From a virus (taxonomy: Duplodnaviria; Heunggongvirae; Uroviricota; Caudoviricetes), in the IMG/VR virus record IMGVR_UViG_3300046474_000142: DNA of 64,000 nt, one strand, 5' to 3'. The notes below the pieces were generated by a model. It made no database searches and was not told the DNA's origin. It saw only the letters and a list, made by a program, of their open reading frames with translations. This document shows, piece by piece, positions 17,506 to 26,330 of this stretch (the stretch's first letter is position 1; each line of letters starts with the position of its first letter). Both the position numbers and the translations under genes were made by a program.

Positions 17506-17537
17506 CTTACCTGTCGCAACCAACTAAGGAGAAAGAA

Positions 17538-17714
17538 ATGTTCGGAATGCTGAAACACCTGACCCAAGCCGCAGTCGGCGTATTGGTCGAGACACCAATC
17601 GCTGTAGTGGCGGATGTTGTCACCCTCGGCGGTGCTCTGACCGACACCAAGGAGCCTTACACTGAGACCGCAGTGAAGAAGGTTGTCAAAAACGTGCAAG
17701 ATTCGACCAAGTAA
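17538..17714 (+). CDS. small hypothetical protein (58 aa)
   Basis: Strong RBS aaggagaaagaa before ATG 17538. Hydrophobic central segment. Below the ORF-track cutoff. Confidence 0.4.
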   Translation: MFGMLKHLTQAAVGVLVETPIAVVADVVTLGGALTDTKEPYTETAVKKVVKNVQDSTK

Positions 17715-17724
17715 GGAGTACAAC

Positions 17725-17982
17725 ATGGGTCAAGCAAAGAATCGCGGCACTTTCGAACAACGTGTCGAGCAATCGCGGGAGAAGTGGAACCAAAGCATCG
17801 AAGTCCAGCGTCAAGACATCGAACAGATGGACGCTCTGGAAAAGCGCCAACTGGAAGCAATGGGTAACTTCCTGACTACCCGCGTCCTTCCTTCGATGGA
17901 ACGCCAGTATGGTGCGCTGATGCGAATCGACTTCACGAAGATTCCGCTGAAAGCAACGCAAGAACCGAAAGAAACCGCTTGA
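17725..17982 (+). CDS. hypothetical protein (86 aa, coiled-coil-like)
   Basis: RBS taaggagtacaac before ATG 17725. Confidence 0.5.
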   Translation: MGQAKNRGTFEQRVEQSREKWNQSIEVQRQDIEQMDALEKRQLEAMGNFLTTRVLPSMERQYGALMRIDFTKIPLKATQEPKETA

Positions 17983-18007
17983 CAGCGGGTTAAACAAGCA
18001 GTAAAGT
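17979..18007 (+). promoter_or_regulatory. sigma70-type promoter TTGACA-17-TAAAGT, followed by the GTAGCACTAC motif
   Basis: Exact -35 hexamer and 17-nt spacer. The motif lies at 18006-18015. Confidence 0.45.
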
Positions 18008-18042
18008 AGCACTACTTACCAACCACATAGGAGAAACAAATC

Positions 18043-18834
18043 ATGAAGAAACTGTTCGCAATCGCAGCAATCGCCCTGTCCCTGTCGGCCTGCACTCGTA
18101 TCGAAACTGGCGAAGTCGGCCTCCGCGTGAACTTCGACAAGACCGTGGAAGCAACCGAACGTACCGCTGGCTCGTTCAATCAGACCATCGTGGGCGACAT
18201 CATCAAGTTCCCGGTGCGTGAAATCTCGGTGGATGTGCAAGACCTCCGGCCTCTGGCAGCGGACAATAGCACGATGTCCGACTTCGACGTAACGGTGGTG
18301 TACAACATCAACCCGAACAGCGTCTCGGACCTGTACATCAACAAGAGCCATAGCTTCCACGCTACGGCCAACGATGGCACCACGTACCTGATGCACTCGT
18401 ACCTGCAAACGGCGATTCGCAACGCTGTCTACAAGGTGGCCCGTAACTACCAGTCGCTCGCAATGAACGACTCGCGTTCCGAAATCGAAGTGAAGATTCT
18501 GGAACAAGTCAAGGAAACGCTGAAGGGCGAGAAGCTGGACGGTGCGCTGCTGGTGTCGCAAGTGCAAGTCAAAAGCATCGCACCATCGGAAGCCGTTCGT
18601 AACGCAGCGAACCAACTGGTACAAGCGAAAGCGGAACTCGCGGCGAAGGAAGTGGAAGTGAACACTGCGAAGAAGGAAGCAGAGCGTATCGCAGCCCTGA
18701 ACGCCAACTCCGGTGCAATCAGCTACATGAACGCACAAGCGCAAATGAAGATCGCTGAAGGTATCGCTGAAGGCAAGGTGCAAACCATCGTCGTGCCTTA
18801 CGATTTCAAAGGCATCGTCAACGCAGGTAAGTAA
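18043..18834 (+). CDS. SPFH (band-7/stomatin-prohibitin)-domain lipoprotein
   Basis: Signal peptide with lipobox LSLSAC-T. ETGEVGLRVNFDKT and the following region resemble the SPFH/HflC fold. C-terminal coiled coil. Confidence 0.5.
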   Translation: MKKLFAIAAIALSLSACTRIETGEVGLRVNFDKTVEATERTAGSFNQTIVGDIIKFPVREISVDVQDLRPLAADNSTMSDFDVTVVYNINPNSVSDLYINKSHSFHATANDGTTYLMHSYLQTAIRNAVYKVARNYQSLAMNDSRSEIEVKILEQVKETLKGEKLDGALLVSQVQVKSIAPSEAVRNAANQLVQAKAELAAKEVEVNTAKKEAERIAALNANSGAISYMNAQAQMKIAEGIAEGKVQTIVVPYDFKGIVNAGK

Positions 18835-18886
18835 TACAACCAACCAACCAACCGCCCCCGAAAGGGGGCCAACCAAGGAGAGAAGA

Positions 18887-19891
18887 ATGAAGAAACTGTT
18901 TGCTGGTATCATCCTGTCGCTGGCTACCGTAGTGGCCTTCGCAATGCCCCGTCCATCGGACATCGAAAACGCTCTGGCTGCACGGGACTACCAATCAGCC
19001 AAGAGCATGACGCAAGAAGTGCTGCGTGAGCGTCCCGACAGTGCGAAAGCCCACCTGTTCAACGCCTACGTGCTGCTGAAGGCTGACAACGACCGGGGCG
19101 CTGCTGCCGCTGAGCTGAAGACGGCTCGACTGCTGGACACGAACCACAAGGTACAAGACTCGGCCCTGTTCGGACGTACCGTGGCAGAGCTGGAACGGGC
19201 AGTTCCGGTGCAGCGTGTAGCCCCAAAGCCTTCGTACGCCTCTCAGCCAGTCGCCACTACGTACGTGGAAACGGTTGGTGACTCGGCTCTGGTAAAACTG
19301 CTGAAGTTCTTGTTCTGGACTACGATCATCGGCATTATCGTGTACGTGCTCTACAAGCTGCTTACCCGGAAACGTCAGGTAACTTCGTGGATGGATGTTC
19401 CGCACGTTCCGTACACCCCGGATGTACTCCCGGCTGGTGGCAGTCTGCAACCCCGCCCGTATGTGAATCATGGCCGTACCTACGATGCCCCGCCTCATCC
19501 GGTGTATCAACCGGCTTACGTAGCGCCTCAGCCGAGTACGGTGGTAGTGAACAGTGGCAACAACCACGGCAACGATCTGTTGACTGGCATGTTGATTAGC
19601 GATATGATGCATCACGGTAGCCATGACACACACGGCCACTCGCATAGCAATCGTGACACTTACGTGGAACGTGAATATGTTGCACCGGCCCCGGTGTACG
19701 AGGCACCCCGTACTACCGACTACGAGACTAGCCGTTCCTCGTACTCGTCGGGCAGCGATGATGACTGGAAATCCAGCAGCTCGTCGTCCAGCTCTTCCAG
19801 CAGTGACTCGTGGAGTTCGTCGTCCTCGTATGACAGCGGTTCGTCCTCTTCCTACGACAGCGGCAGCAGCGGTGGCGGTGGCTGGGACTGA
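18887..19891 (+). CDS. secreted/membrane protein with a TPR-like N-terminal domain, one TM helix and a Ser-rich low-complexity C-terminus
   Basis: Signal-like N-terminus MKKLFAGIILSLATVVAFA; TM segment LFWTTIIGIIVYVLYKLL; tail SSSSSSSSSSDSWSSSSSYDSGSSSSYDSGSSGGGGWD. Confidence 0.5.
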   Translation: MKKLFAGIILSLATVVAFAMPRPSDIENALAARDYQSAKSMTQEVLRERPDSAKAHLFNAYVLLKADNDRGAAAAELKTARLLDTNHKVQDSALFGRTVAELERAVPVQRVAPKPSYASQPVATTYVETVGDSALVKLLKFLFWTTIIGIIVYVLYKLLTRKRQVTSWMDVPHVPYTPDVLPAGGSLQPRPYVNHGRTYDAPPHPVYQPAYVAPQPSTVVVNSGNNHGNDLLTGMLISDMMHHGSHDTHGHSHSNRDTYVEREYVAPAPVYEAPRTTDYETSRSSYSSGSDDDWKSSSSSSSSSSSDSWSSSSSYDSGSSSSYDSGSSGGGGWD

Positions 19892-20268
19892 TGACCCGGA
19901 CTAAGCCTACGAAGGAAATGCGCAAAGCTACCAAGCCAGCTAAAGCCAAGGATTATCGACGCCTTGTGACAGCAGCTAGCGAGGTAGTGGTGCGTACCAG
20001 AAACGGTAGCCAGTCAAATCAAGGCCGCTCTGGTGAACCGGAATACATTGTGGTAGAATTGCCGTACTTCGTTAAGTTCCAAAAGGGCTTTCCGAAGGGA
20101 ATACTGGTAGAACGTACTGCTACTACCAACGTCTACCACATCGATGCGGTTAAACTGCTTGACTGGCTCCATGCAAACGGGTATAGTGCCTACAACGCTA
20201 CGGAGCTAGTGCAACGTACGAGAGACTACGAACGGTTGGAATCTTCCATAACCCGGCTGTTCGATTAA
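19891..20268 (+). CDS. hypothetical protein
   Basis: 125 aa; ATGA overlap with the upstream stop. Confidence 0.5.
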   Translation: MTRTKPTKEMRKATKPAKAKDYRRLVTAASEVVVRTRNGSQSNQGRSGEPEYIVVELPYFVKFQKGFPKGILVERTATTNVYHIDAVKLLDWLHANGYSAYNATELVQRTRDYERLESSITRLFD

Positions 20269-20287
20269 ACGACACATAGGAGAGAAT

Positions 20288-20566
20288 ATGAGCGATACCA
20301 AATTTACGAGCGTGCCGGAATACTACAGCCACATCGCCAAGCAGCAAACCAACCGTACCGAGGCGAAGCCGGTTGTCCACTTCTACGCTCTGCCGATGGG
20401 CCTGTCGGAAGTGAAGGAAGGCTACCGCATCCGGGTTGTCCCGTTCGATCATCCGGCTGAGTACCTGAACGGTCAAATCGTCACCACTTCGCCAGTCGTC
20501 AAGGCGAACGAAGACGGCAGCTTCGAAACGCTCAATACCCTCTACGTGCCGAAACTTGACAAGTAA
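20288..20566 (+). CDS. hypothetical protein
   Basis: 92 aa; RBS ataggagagaat. Confidence 0.5.
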   Translation: MSDTKFTSVPEYYSHIAKQQTNRTEAKPVVHFYALPMGLSEVKEGYRIRVVPFDHPAEYLNGQIVTTSPVVKANEDGSFETLNTLYVPKLDK

Positions 20567-20584
20567 CGCTACGTAGTGTAAGAT
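20556..20584 (+). promoter_or_regulatory. Promoter TTGACA-17-TAAGAT with a single operator half-site CTACGTAG
   Basis: Same architecture as the 5146 and 10374 promoters, but the right operator arm is degenerate (ATACGATT). Confidence 0.5.
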
Positions 20585-20637
20585 ACGATTCTCTGGAAAC
20601 AGAACGCAACCAACCAATCACATTTAGGAGAAATAAA

Positions 20638-21249
20638 ATGGAAATGTCCCTGCACCGCATCATCGCTGAAATCAAAGCAACCGAGAACAAGCTGCAAGTC
20701 CTGAACGGCACTTCGTTCGTGTTCACCGTGCCAGTCGATCAAACGGCTGAAACTACCGAAGGCAAGAAGCTGTCCCAGTCGAACTTCGATAGCGTGGCAG
20801 CACTGCTTACCAAGCTGGCTGTCCTGAAGGCAGCACGAAACAAGGCAAACGCCACTACCAACGTTACCATCGCTGGCAAGACCATGACCATCGATGAAGC
20901 GCTGGCGAAGAAAGCAGCCAACATCTACCAGCTCAACTTCCTGAACACCCTGCGTGCTCAGATGAACGCCGGTAAGATCAAGGTCGATCAAGTGCAAGCT
21001 CAGATCGAATCGAAGATCGCTCAGCAAGTGACTGCTGCTTCCGGTGGTACGAAGAAAGCAACCGACGACGAAATCAACGTCTTCCGCACGATGGCTGAGC
21101 GCAACACCAAGCTGGCTGTGGTCGCCTTCGACGGTATGAAAGAAAAGGTCGAAGCGATGGCCCGCGATCTGGAACAGTTCACTACTGAAGTGGACTACAC
21201 CCTGTCGGAAGCAAACGCTATCACGAAAGTGGAAGTCGTTCTGTCGTAA
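20638..21249 (+). CDS. hypothetical protein (alpha-helical, coiled-coil)
   Basis: 203 aa; RBS ttaggagaaataaa. Confidence 0.55.
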   Translation: MEMSLHRIIAEIKATENKLQVLNGTSFVFTVPVDQTAETTEGKKLSQSNFDSVAALLTKLAVLKAARNKANATTNVTIAGKTMTIDEALAKKAANIYQLNFLNTLRAQMNAGKIKVDQVQAQIESKIAQQVTAASGGTKKATDDEINVFRTMAERNTKLAVVAFDGMKEKVEAMARDLEQFTTEVDYTLSEANAITKVEVVLS

Positions 21250-21667
21250 GAAGTGGTACGGAGTGCTGGTTATCCAGCCTCCATTTAATAGCAGATGTAC
21301 GTAGCAAAACAAAAATCTATCTCGTCTCTGGCCCCTAGACGGAAACTGGGGCCAACCAATTGCTAATGGAAGCTATTCGAATTTTTCTCGAAAACAGATC
21401 GCTGGGGGTCGCCGGAGTGCGACGTACCAGCCAAGTGTTGTAGATTAAAACTTGGTGCTGAAAGGTGAAAGGTTATGCTGGTGGCAGTCACAAAAGGACG
21501 GCCAGCGCTGAAAGCTCAAGACGTAAAAGATTGAAAGCCCGTGTGGCTTTGTAGCTAAACGCTTCTTCAATCTTCCACAAAAAGTTTTGATAGCCAAGGA
21601 TGGAGCTTTATGTTTGATAGGAAGGTGCTACGTATCGTCTGCTACTAAATGGGGAATCCCATTATCC

Positions 21668-21742
21668 GGGTCGTTAGCTCAGCGGATTCAGAGCAGCGGT
21701 GTTCTAGGCCGCAGTGCGCGGGTTCGAACCCTGCACGACTCA
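21668..21742 (+). tRNA. tRNA-Arg (anticodon UCU); CCA is encoded at 21743-21745
   Basis: Cloverleaf folded by hand. Acceptor GGGTCGT/ACGACTC (one GU pair); D-stem GCTC/GAGC; anticodon stem GCGGT/GCCGC with loop gTTCTAg; T-arm GCGGG-TTCGAAC-CCTGC; discriminator A. Confidence 0.7.
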
Positions 21743-21769
21743 CCACAACCATGTTAAGGAGAAAACAAA

Positions 21770-21927
21770 TGCAACGCAAAGAATTTATGTCCGCAGCTCA
21801 GACCCGCGCCATCGGCAACGCCCCTCGTACCCACGAGAACTGCATCCGTCTGCTGAAGGAAGCAAAGCTGGCCCCAGTGGCCCGTCCGGGTAAGACTGCT
21901 AAGGACGCTGCCCGCAAGGCTCGTTAA
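21770..21927 (+). CDS. small basic protein (52 aa)
   Basis: ATG 21770 after aggagaaaacaa. The longer track ORF from 21649 would run through the tRNA, so the short form is preferred. Confidence 0.4.
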
Positions 21928-22508
21928 TGGCTGCTAGACTCATCGAAGTCCAGTGGACCGAACACTTCTACTACGACGAGTCTAGTCCTACGTGCCTGAG
22001 ATGGAATCGGGACGTGTTCAGGGGTCGGCACCCGTACAAATTCAAGACGAAGGGTGATGTAGCAGGTAACACAGGTAAAGGCAACTGCTTCATATGGCTG
22101 TACGGTGTCCCCTACCTAGCTCACAGAGTTATATGGGAGATGCATAACGGGTCAATAACCGACTCAGAGCTTGTGATAGACCATATCGACGGGAATGGGA
22201 AGAACAACGTCATATCGAATTTGAGGCTAGTCACTAACAAAGTTAATGCTCAAAACAGTAAGTTACATGCTCACAATTCATCTGGAACTTGTGGTGTTTC
22301 TTACCGAGAGTTGGAGAACGAGCATGGAACTACGTACTACTACTGGGTAGCTAACTGGAAGGAAAATGGAAAGTACAAGCGAAGGTCGTTTTCTATTCTG
22401 AAGTACGGCGACGATTTAGCTAGAACTTTGGCTGAAAAAGCAAGGGCTGAAGCAATAGCTAGAATGAACGCTTGCGGCGAGAGCTACACTGTAAGGCATG
22501 GATTATAG
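21927..22508 (+). CDS. HNH-AP2 homing endonuclease
   Basis: FYYDESSPTCLRWNRD; IDHIDGNGKNNVISNLRLV; AP2-like tail NACGESYTVRHG. Confidence 0.8.
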   Translation: MAARLIEVQWTEHFYYDESSPTCLRWNRDVFRGRHPYKFKTKGDVAGNTGKGNCFIWLYGVPYLAHRVIWEMHNGSITDSELVIDHIDGNGKNNVISNLRLVTNKVNAQNSKLHAHNSSGTCGVSYRELENEHGTTYYYWVANWKENGKYKRRSFSILKYGDDLARTLAEKARAEAIARMNACGESYTVRHGL

Positions 22509-22594
22509 GGACGAAACAGCCGTAAACGTCCGAAAATAAAATGGCACTATTGCGTATGACCGAAAGGCTACGAACTCTCTACAAAGGAAACAAA

Positions 22595-23578
22595 ATGGCA
22601 TTCAAATCGAAGAAAAGTGGTGGCGGCAACGGTGGTAATTTCGAACCGCGTATCTTCCCTACACCGTTCAAGGGTAGCGAAAAAGGTGTGAGCCTCGTCC
22701 GTCCAGCACGCGTATCGATGCTTGTTGATCTGGGCGAACAGAACCGGAAAGACATTTACAAGAACGCAAAAGGCGATCTGGTGAATGAAGATACCCCCGG
22801 CGCAATCGCTACTCCGCAGGGTCCAAAAGACCAAGTGGCCGTGTTCGTTGATCTGGTGGCGAACATCGTAGACTACGGTGGCGAAATCGGTAAGCAGCCG
22901 TACCGATTCATGTTGAACAAGAACTTCAAAGGCGAAGTCGAAGGTATCAACTTCGGCCAGATGCCTCCGAAAGATGCCAACGGCAAGCTTCTGGAAGGTA
23001 AGCCGTGGACGTTCCACCCGCAGAACATGCTGACGAAACTCGGCAAGGCTTGCGGCATTGCAGACTTCGGCGTGGGCGACAATGACGACCTTGAACAACT
23101 GCTGGATAAGCCACTTAACATCACTATCGAAGTTAAGGAAGTCAACTCCGGTAAGAAGGATAAGGACGGCAACGACATCATCTACAAGAACGTGAGCAAC
23201 AAGGGTCTGTCGCCATTGGCCCCTGTGGACACGGGTGAAGCAGATGAAGACGGCAATCCAATCGAAGCCCTGCCGGAAGTTCGTCCGCTGAAGGTAGAAG
23301 CCAAGTGCATTACCTTCGACAACGTTACCAAGGACGACATCAAGTGGATTCGTCGTGACCTCGTGAAGAAAATCAAGCTGGCTAACAACTACGCTGGTTC
23401 GAACATGCAGAAAGCAATCGAAGCCTACGAGGCTGAGGCTGAGACTGGCACTGCTTCGAACGATGGTGACGACGCCCCGGCTGAGAAGCCAAAAGCGGCT
23501 CCGAAGGCAGCTCCAAAAGCTCCTAAGAAGCCAGTTGCGCCAAACTTCGCGGACATGGATGACGACATCCCGTTCTAA
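22595..23578 (+). CDS. SSB-like protein ending in the bacterial-SSB-type acidic tail DMDDDIPF
   Basis: The C-terminal hexapeptide DDDIPF is identical to the E. coli SSB protein-interaction tip. Gly-rich N-terminus. The internal domain is not assignable by eye. Start is ATG 22595 after aaaggaaacaaa. Confidence 0.5.
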   Translation: MAFKSKKSGGGNGGNFEPRIFPTPFKGSEKGVSLVRPARVSMLVDLGEQNRKDIYKNAKGDLVNEDTPGAIATPQGPKDQVAVFVDLVANIVDYGGEIGKQPYRFMLNKNFKGEVEGINFGQMPPKDANGKLLEGKPWTFHPQNMLTKLGKACGIADFGVGDNDDLEQLLDKPLNITIEVKEVNSGKKDKDGNDIIYKNVSNKGLSPLAPVDTGEADEDGNPIEALPEVRPLKVEAKCITFDNVTKDDIKWIRRDLVKKIKLANNYAGSNMQKAIEAYEAEAETGTASNDGDDAPAEKPKAAPKAAPKAPKKPVAPNFADMDDDIPF

Positions 23579-23602
23579 CAGCTAAGAAGTACTAGCTAAC
23601 TC

Positions 23603-23637
23603 GCCCCGCTATCCGAAAGGGTAGTGGGGTTTTTCTT
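23603..23637 (+). terminator. rho-independent terminator
   Basis: 11-bp hairpin ccccgctatcc-gaaa-gggtagtgggg followed by TTTTTCTTT. Confidence 0.7.
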
Positions 23638-23649
23638 TAGGAGAAACGA

Positions 23650-23847
23650 ATGACAGAGCAAAAAGTAAGAGAAGCGTTGGAAGAAGGTAAGGCTGCTTAC
23701 TACCACGTTTGGATATTTACATCCGGCTGGATGAATTGTGGGGAGGGTTGCTGCGACGACTCAAACGATGACGTTGACCACGCGATGAGCCGTATCGAGA
23801 ACTTCTGCAACGGGAAATGGGAAGAGGTAACAATTGATGAAGACTGA
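23650..23847 (+). CDS. hypothetical Cys-rich small protein
   Basis: 65 aa; RBS taggagaaacga. Confidence 0.45.
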   Translation: MTEQKVREALEEGKAAYYHVWIFTSGWMNCGEGCCDDSNDDVDHAMSRIENFCNGKWEEVTIDED

Positions 23848-24826
23848 CAAACCTGACCTAGTGTGTATCGATGGGGACATCTTGGCCTACCGAGCATCAG
23901 CAGCAAACGAGAAACGCTTCGTAAAATGCGTACACAAAGAGACAGCGGAGGAAGTAGAGTTTGATACTCTTACCAAGTTCCGCGAATGGGCTGGCGACAC
24001 GAAGGACGATTACGAAATCACGCCGGGGCAGAAGTCAGGACCGTTGGAGAACGCTTTCCACATCCTGAACCACATGATCCAGAACATCACGAAGGCGTGC
24101 TCGGCCACGAGCTACCACATCGTAGTGAGCGGAGACGACAATTTCCGCCTCGATCTGCCACTACCTACCCGGTACAAGGACTCTCGCAAGGACACTGCCA
24201 AGCCACTGCAACTGAAGGACTGTAAGAACTACCTCATCAATTCGCACGCTGCTGAAACCAGTGTCGGAGTAGAAGCGGATGATGTACTTGTTGCCTACAT
24301 GACTGCCGGAAATACGCAAGCTTCGATTGATAAGGATTCGAACCACGGACCCGGCTGGCTGTACAACTGGGACAACATGACGGAGCCTGAGTACATTAGC
24401 GGGTTCGGGGCATTGACGTTGATCGAAAAAGAGACAGCAAGGAAGACCGCAGCAGGGAAGCCGATCTTCACCAAGGACATCAAAGGTAAGGGGCGAGTAT
24501 TCCTGTACTACCAGATGGTGTTCGGGGACCCTGTAGACGCGTACAAGCCCTGTGAGCTTGCCAAAGTGAAGTTCGGGGAGATTGGTGCGTACGAACTGTT
24601 GAAGGGCTGTAAGACCGATAAGGAGGCTCTGGAAGCAGTTGCCAAGCAGTATCAAATCTGGTATCCTGAGCCTGTTACGTACCGTGATTGGAACGGAGTG
24701 CTACATACGAAGAGCTGGCTGGAAATTTGGCAGATGTATGCGGACTGCGCATTCATGAGACGCTGGGACGGGGATCGCTTCGATGTGAAGAAAGTATTAA
24801 CTAAACTGGGAGTAAGCAATGACTGA
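23837..24826 (+). CDS. 5'-3' exonuclease / flap endonuclease (FEN, T7 gp6/T5 D15-like)
   Basis: N-terminal LVCIDGDILAYRA matches the FEN LxVDGxxLAxRA motif. VEADDVLVAY matches the EADDVIA motif. Confidence 0.6.
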   Translation: MKTDKPDLVCIDGDILAYRASAANEKRFVKCVHKETAEEVEFDTLTKFREWAGDTKDDYEITPGQKSGPLENAFHILNHMIQNITKACSATSYHIVVSGDDNFRLDLPLPTRYKDSRKDTAKPLQLKDCKNYLINSHAAETSVGVEADDVLVAYMTAGNTQASIDKDSNHGPGWLYNWDNMTEPEYISGFGALTLIEKETARKTAAGKPIFTKDIKGKGRVFLYYQMVFGDPVDAYKPCELAKVKFGEIGAYELLKGCKTDKEALEAVAKQYQIWYPEPVTYRDWNGVLHTKSWLEIWQMYADCAFMRRWDGDRFDVKKVLTKLGVSND

Positions 24827-25004
24827 TTTCTACAAAGAGCTGGGTAGCAAGTACACCGAGTTCACCATCACACACGCCATCGCAGCAGCGAAGGAATCCG
24901 CTGCAAAGCACAAGCCTCAGTACTACACCGGGGACGATTTTGAGCCTCATCTGTGGGTCGTGGAAGCGATCTGCTGGGCGTTGAAAATCGGCGGCATCGA
25001 ATGA
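24819..25004 (+). CDS. hypothetical small protein
   Basis: 61 aa, between coupled genes. Confidence 0.35.
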   Translation: MTDFYKELGSKYTEFTITHAIAAAKESAAKHKPQYYTGDDFEPHLWVVEAICWALKIGGIE

Positions 25005-25588
25005 CACGTAAAGTCGAAGGGGTCGGTGTGTACCACCCCGGCGATTACGTCAGCGTAGTTCCGGGGACTGGGATGCATACGCCTGAATATAGGGTGTGGC
25101 GTGATATGCTGAAGCGCACTCACAACAAGACGCACCAAGCAAGGTTCCCTGCGTACGCCGGATCGTCGGTGTGCGGAGAGTGGCTTGACTTCCAGACGTT
25201 TGCGAAGTGGCTGCACGACAACGGCTTCACACCTGATAAGAGGTTGGATAAAGACATTTTAGGTAAGGGAGCCAAGCACTACTCTCCTGCAACTTGCTGT
25301 CTTGTCCCGCCTAAGATCAACAGCGTCATAGTAGGAAAGCACGGAATGTATGCAGCGGGAGTTGGAAAACGCAAGGACAGGAATGGTCCGAAAGTTTATA
25401 CCGCGAAGTGCAGGGACGTTGATGGTGTTCGGAGGTTCTTAGGTACGTTTGAGACAGAGGAACAGGCAGCTAAGGCATACTTGTTTGCCAAGGTGATAGC
25501 GGTACGCCAAGCATCGTGGAGGGCGTTCGATGCCGGGGAAATTACGGAGCCGGTCTTAATGGCACTACTCGATTGGAGGCCAACATGA
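25001..25588 (+). CDS. AP2-domain homing-endonuclease-like protein, family 2
   Basis: Start ATG 25001 (ATGA overlap). WRDMLKRTHN...YAGSSVCGEW...LDKDILGKGAKHYSPATCCLVP plus an AP2-like region. Confidence 0.6.
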   Translation: MTRKVEGVGVYHPGDYVSVVPGTGMHTPEYRVWRDMLKRTHNKTHQARFPAYAGSSVCGEWLDFQTFAKWLHDNGFTPDKRLDKDILGKGAKHYSPATCCLVPPKINSVIVGKHGMYAAGVGKRKDRNGPKVYTAKCRDVDGVRRFLGTFETEEQAAKAYLFAKVIAVRQASWRAFDAGEITEPVLMALLDWRPT

Positions 25589-26130
25589 AGAAAGATACAG
25601 CACCTAAGACCCGCTGTAGCGGAACCATGACGGAGGCACAATATTTGGCATGGGTTCGCTCGTCACTCCGAAGTCGCTGGCTTCGGTGGCAACCCCGTAA
25701 CGACTGCCTGAAGGCTGCTAGACGCCCCTACAAAGGCCCGAACAAGCGTCAGCTCTGGGAGTACCAGTGCGCAATCTGTACGGAGTGGTTCATATCGAAG
25801 GAGATGGAAGTTGACCACTACCCACACGATGCAGGCTCGATCCTGTCGGTAGAGGACATCGGCCCGTTCGTAGGGAGGCTCTATTGCGAAGTGGACAACC
25901 TCCGGGCTGTATGCAAGACTTGCCACAAGATTCACACGTATTCCCAGAGTGAAGGGATGACGTTCGAAGAGGCGAGAGCAGCTAAGCAAGTTCTTGAAAT
26001 CACGAAGAAACCTGTGAAACAAGTCCTTGCGTTTCTTATGCAGTACGGATATACTGGTGCTTCTGTAAGTAACGCTACTAAGCGTAAGGAGCTGGTAACA
26101 ACAATCTTGAAAGGAGAATCAAATGTTTAA
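25585..26130 (+). CDS. HNH endonuclease (zinc-finger type)
   Basis: CAICTEWF...EVDHYPHD...CKTCHKIH. Start ATG 25585 overlaps the upstream TGA. Confidence 0.7.
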   Translation: MKKDTAPKTRCSGTMTEAQYLAWVRSSLRSRWLRWQPRNDCLKAARRPYKGPNKRQLWEYQCAICTEWFISKEMEVDHYPHDAGSILSVEDIGPFVGRLYCEVDNLRAVCKTCHKIHTYSQSEGMTFEEARAAKQVLEITKKPVKQVLAFLMQYGYTGASVSNATKRKELVTTILKGESNV

Positions 26131-26329
26131 ACGCGTCGATGAGCAGGAACCGCGAGTCCAGATCGATGGCTTCAGCTACATGAATACCAACGGCTCACTG
26201 GAGTATGTTCACTGTGGTACAGGGATCATTGAAGTTGAAGACTCATCCGGTGGTAAAGCAGTTATCTGGAGGGAAGATGTCCCGAAGCTGATCCTCGCAC
26301 TACAAGCTGCCTACGACCATAAGGGCTAA
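26123..26329 (+). CDS. hypothetical small protein
   Basis: 68-aa ORF overlapping the 3' end of the HNH gene. Confidence 0.4.
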   Translation: MFKRVDEQEPRVQIDGFSYMNTNGSLEYVHCGTGIIEVEDSSGGKAVIWREDVPKLILALQAAYDHKG

Positions 26330-26330
26330 C

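Noticed and set aside
18841-18872. (CAAC)4 microsatellite and a gccccc-gaaa-gggggc hairpin between the SPFH gene and the next gene
   Set aside because: The hairpin lacks a following U-tract, so it is not called as a terminator. It is likely a leader structure or RBS-context element. It is noted under the leader-motif finding only.
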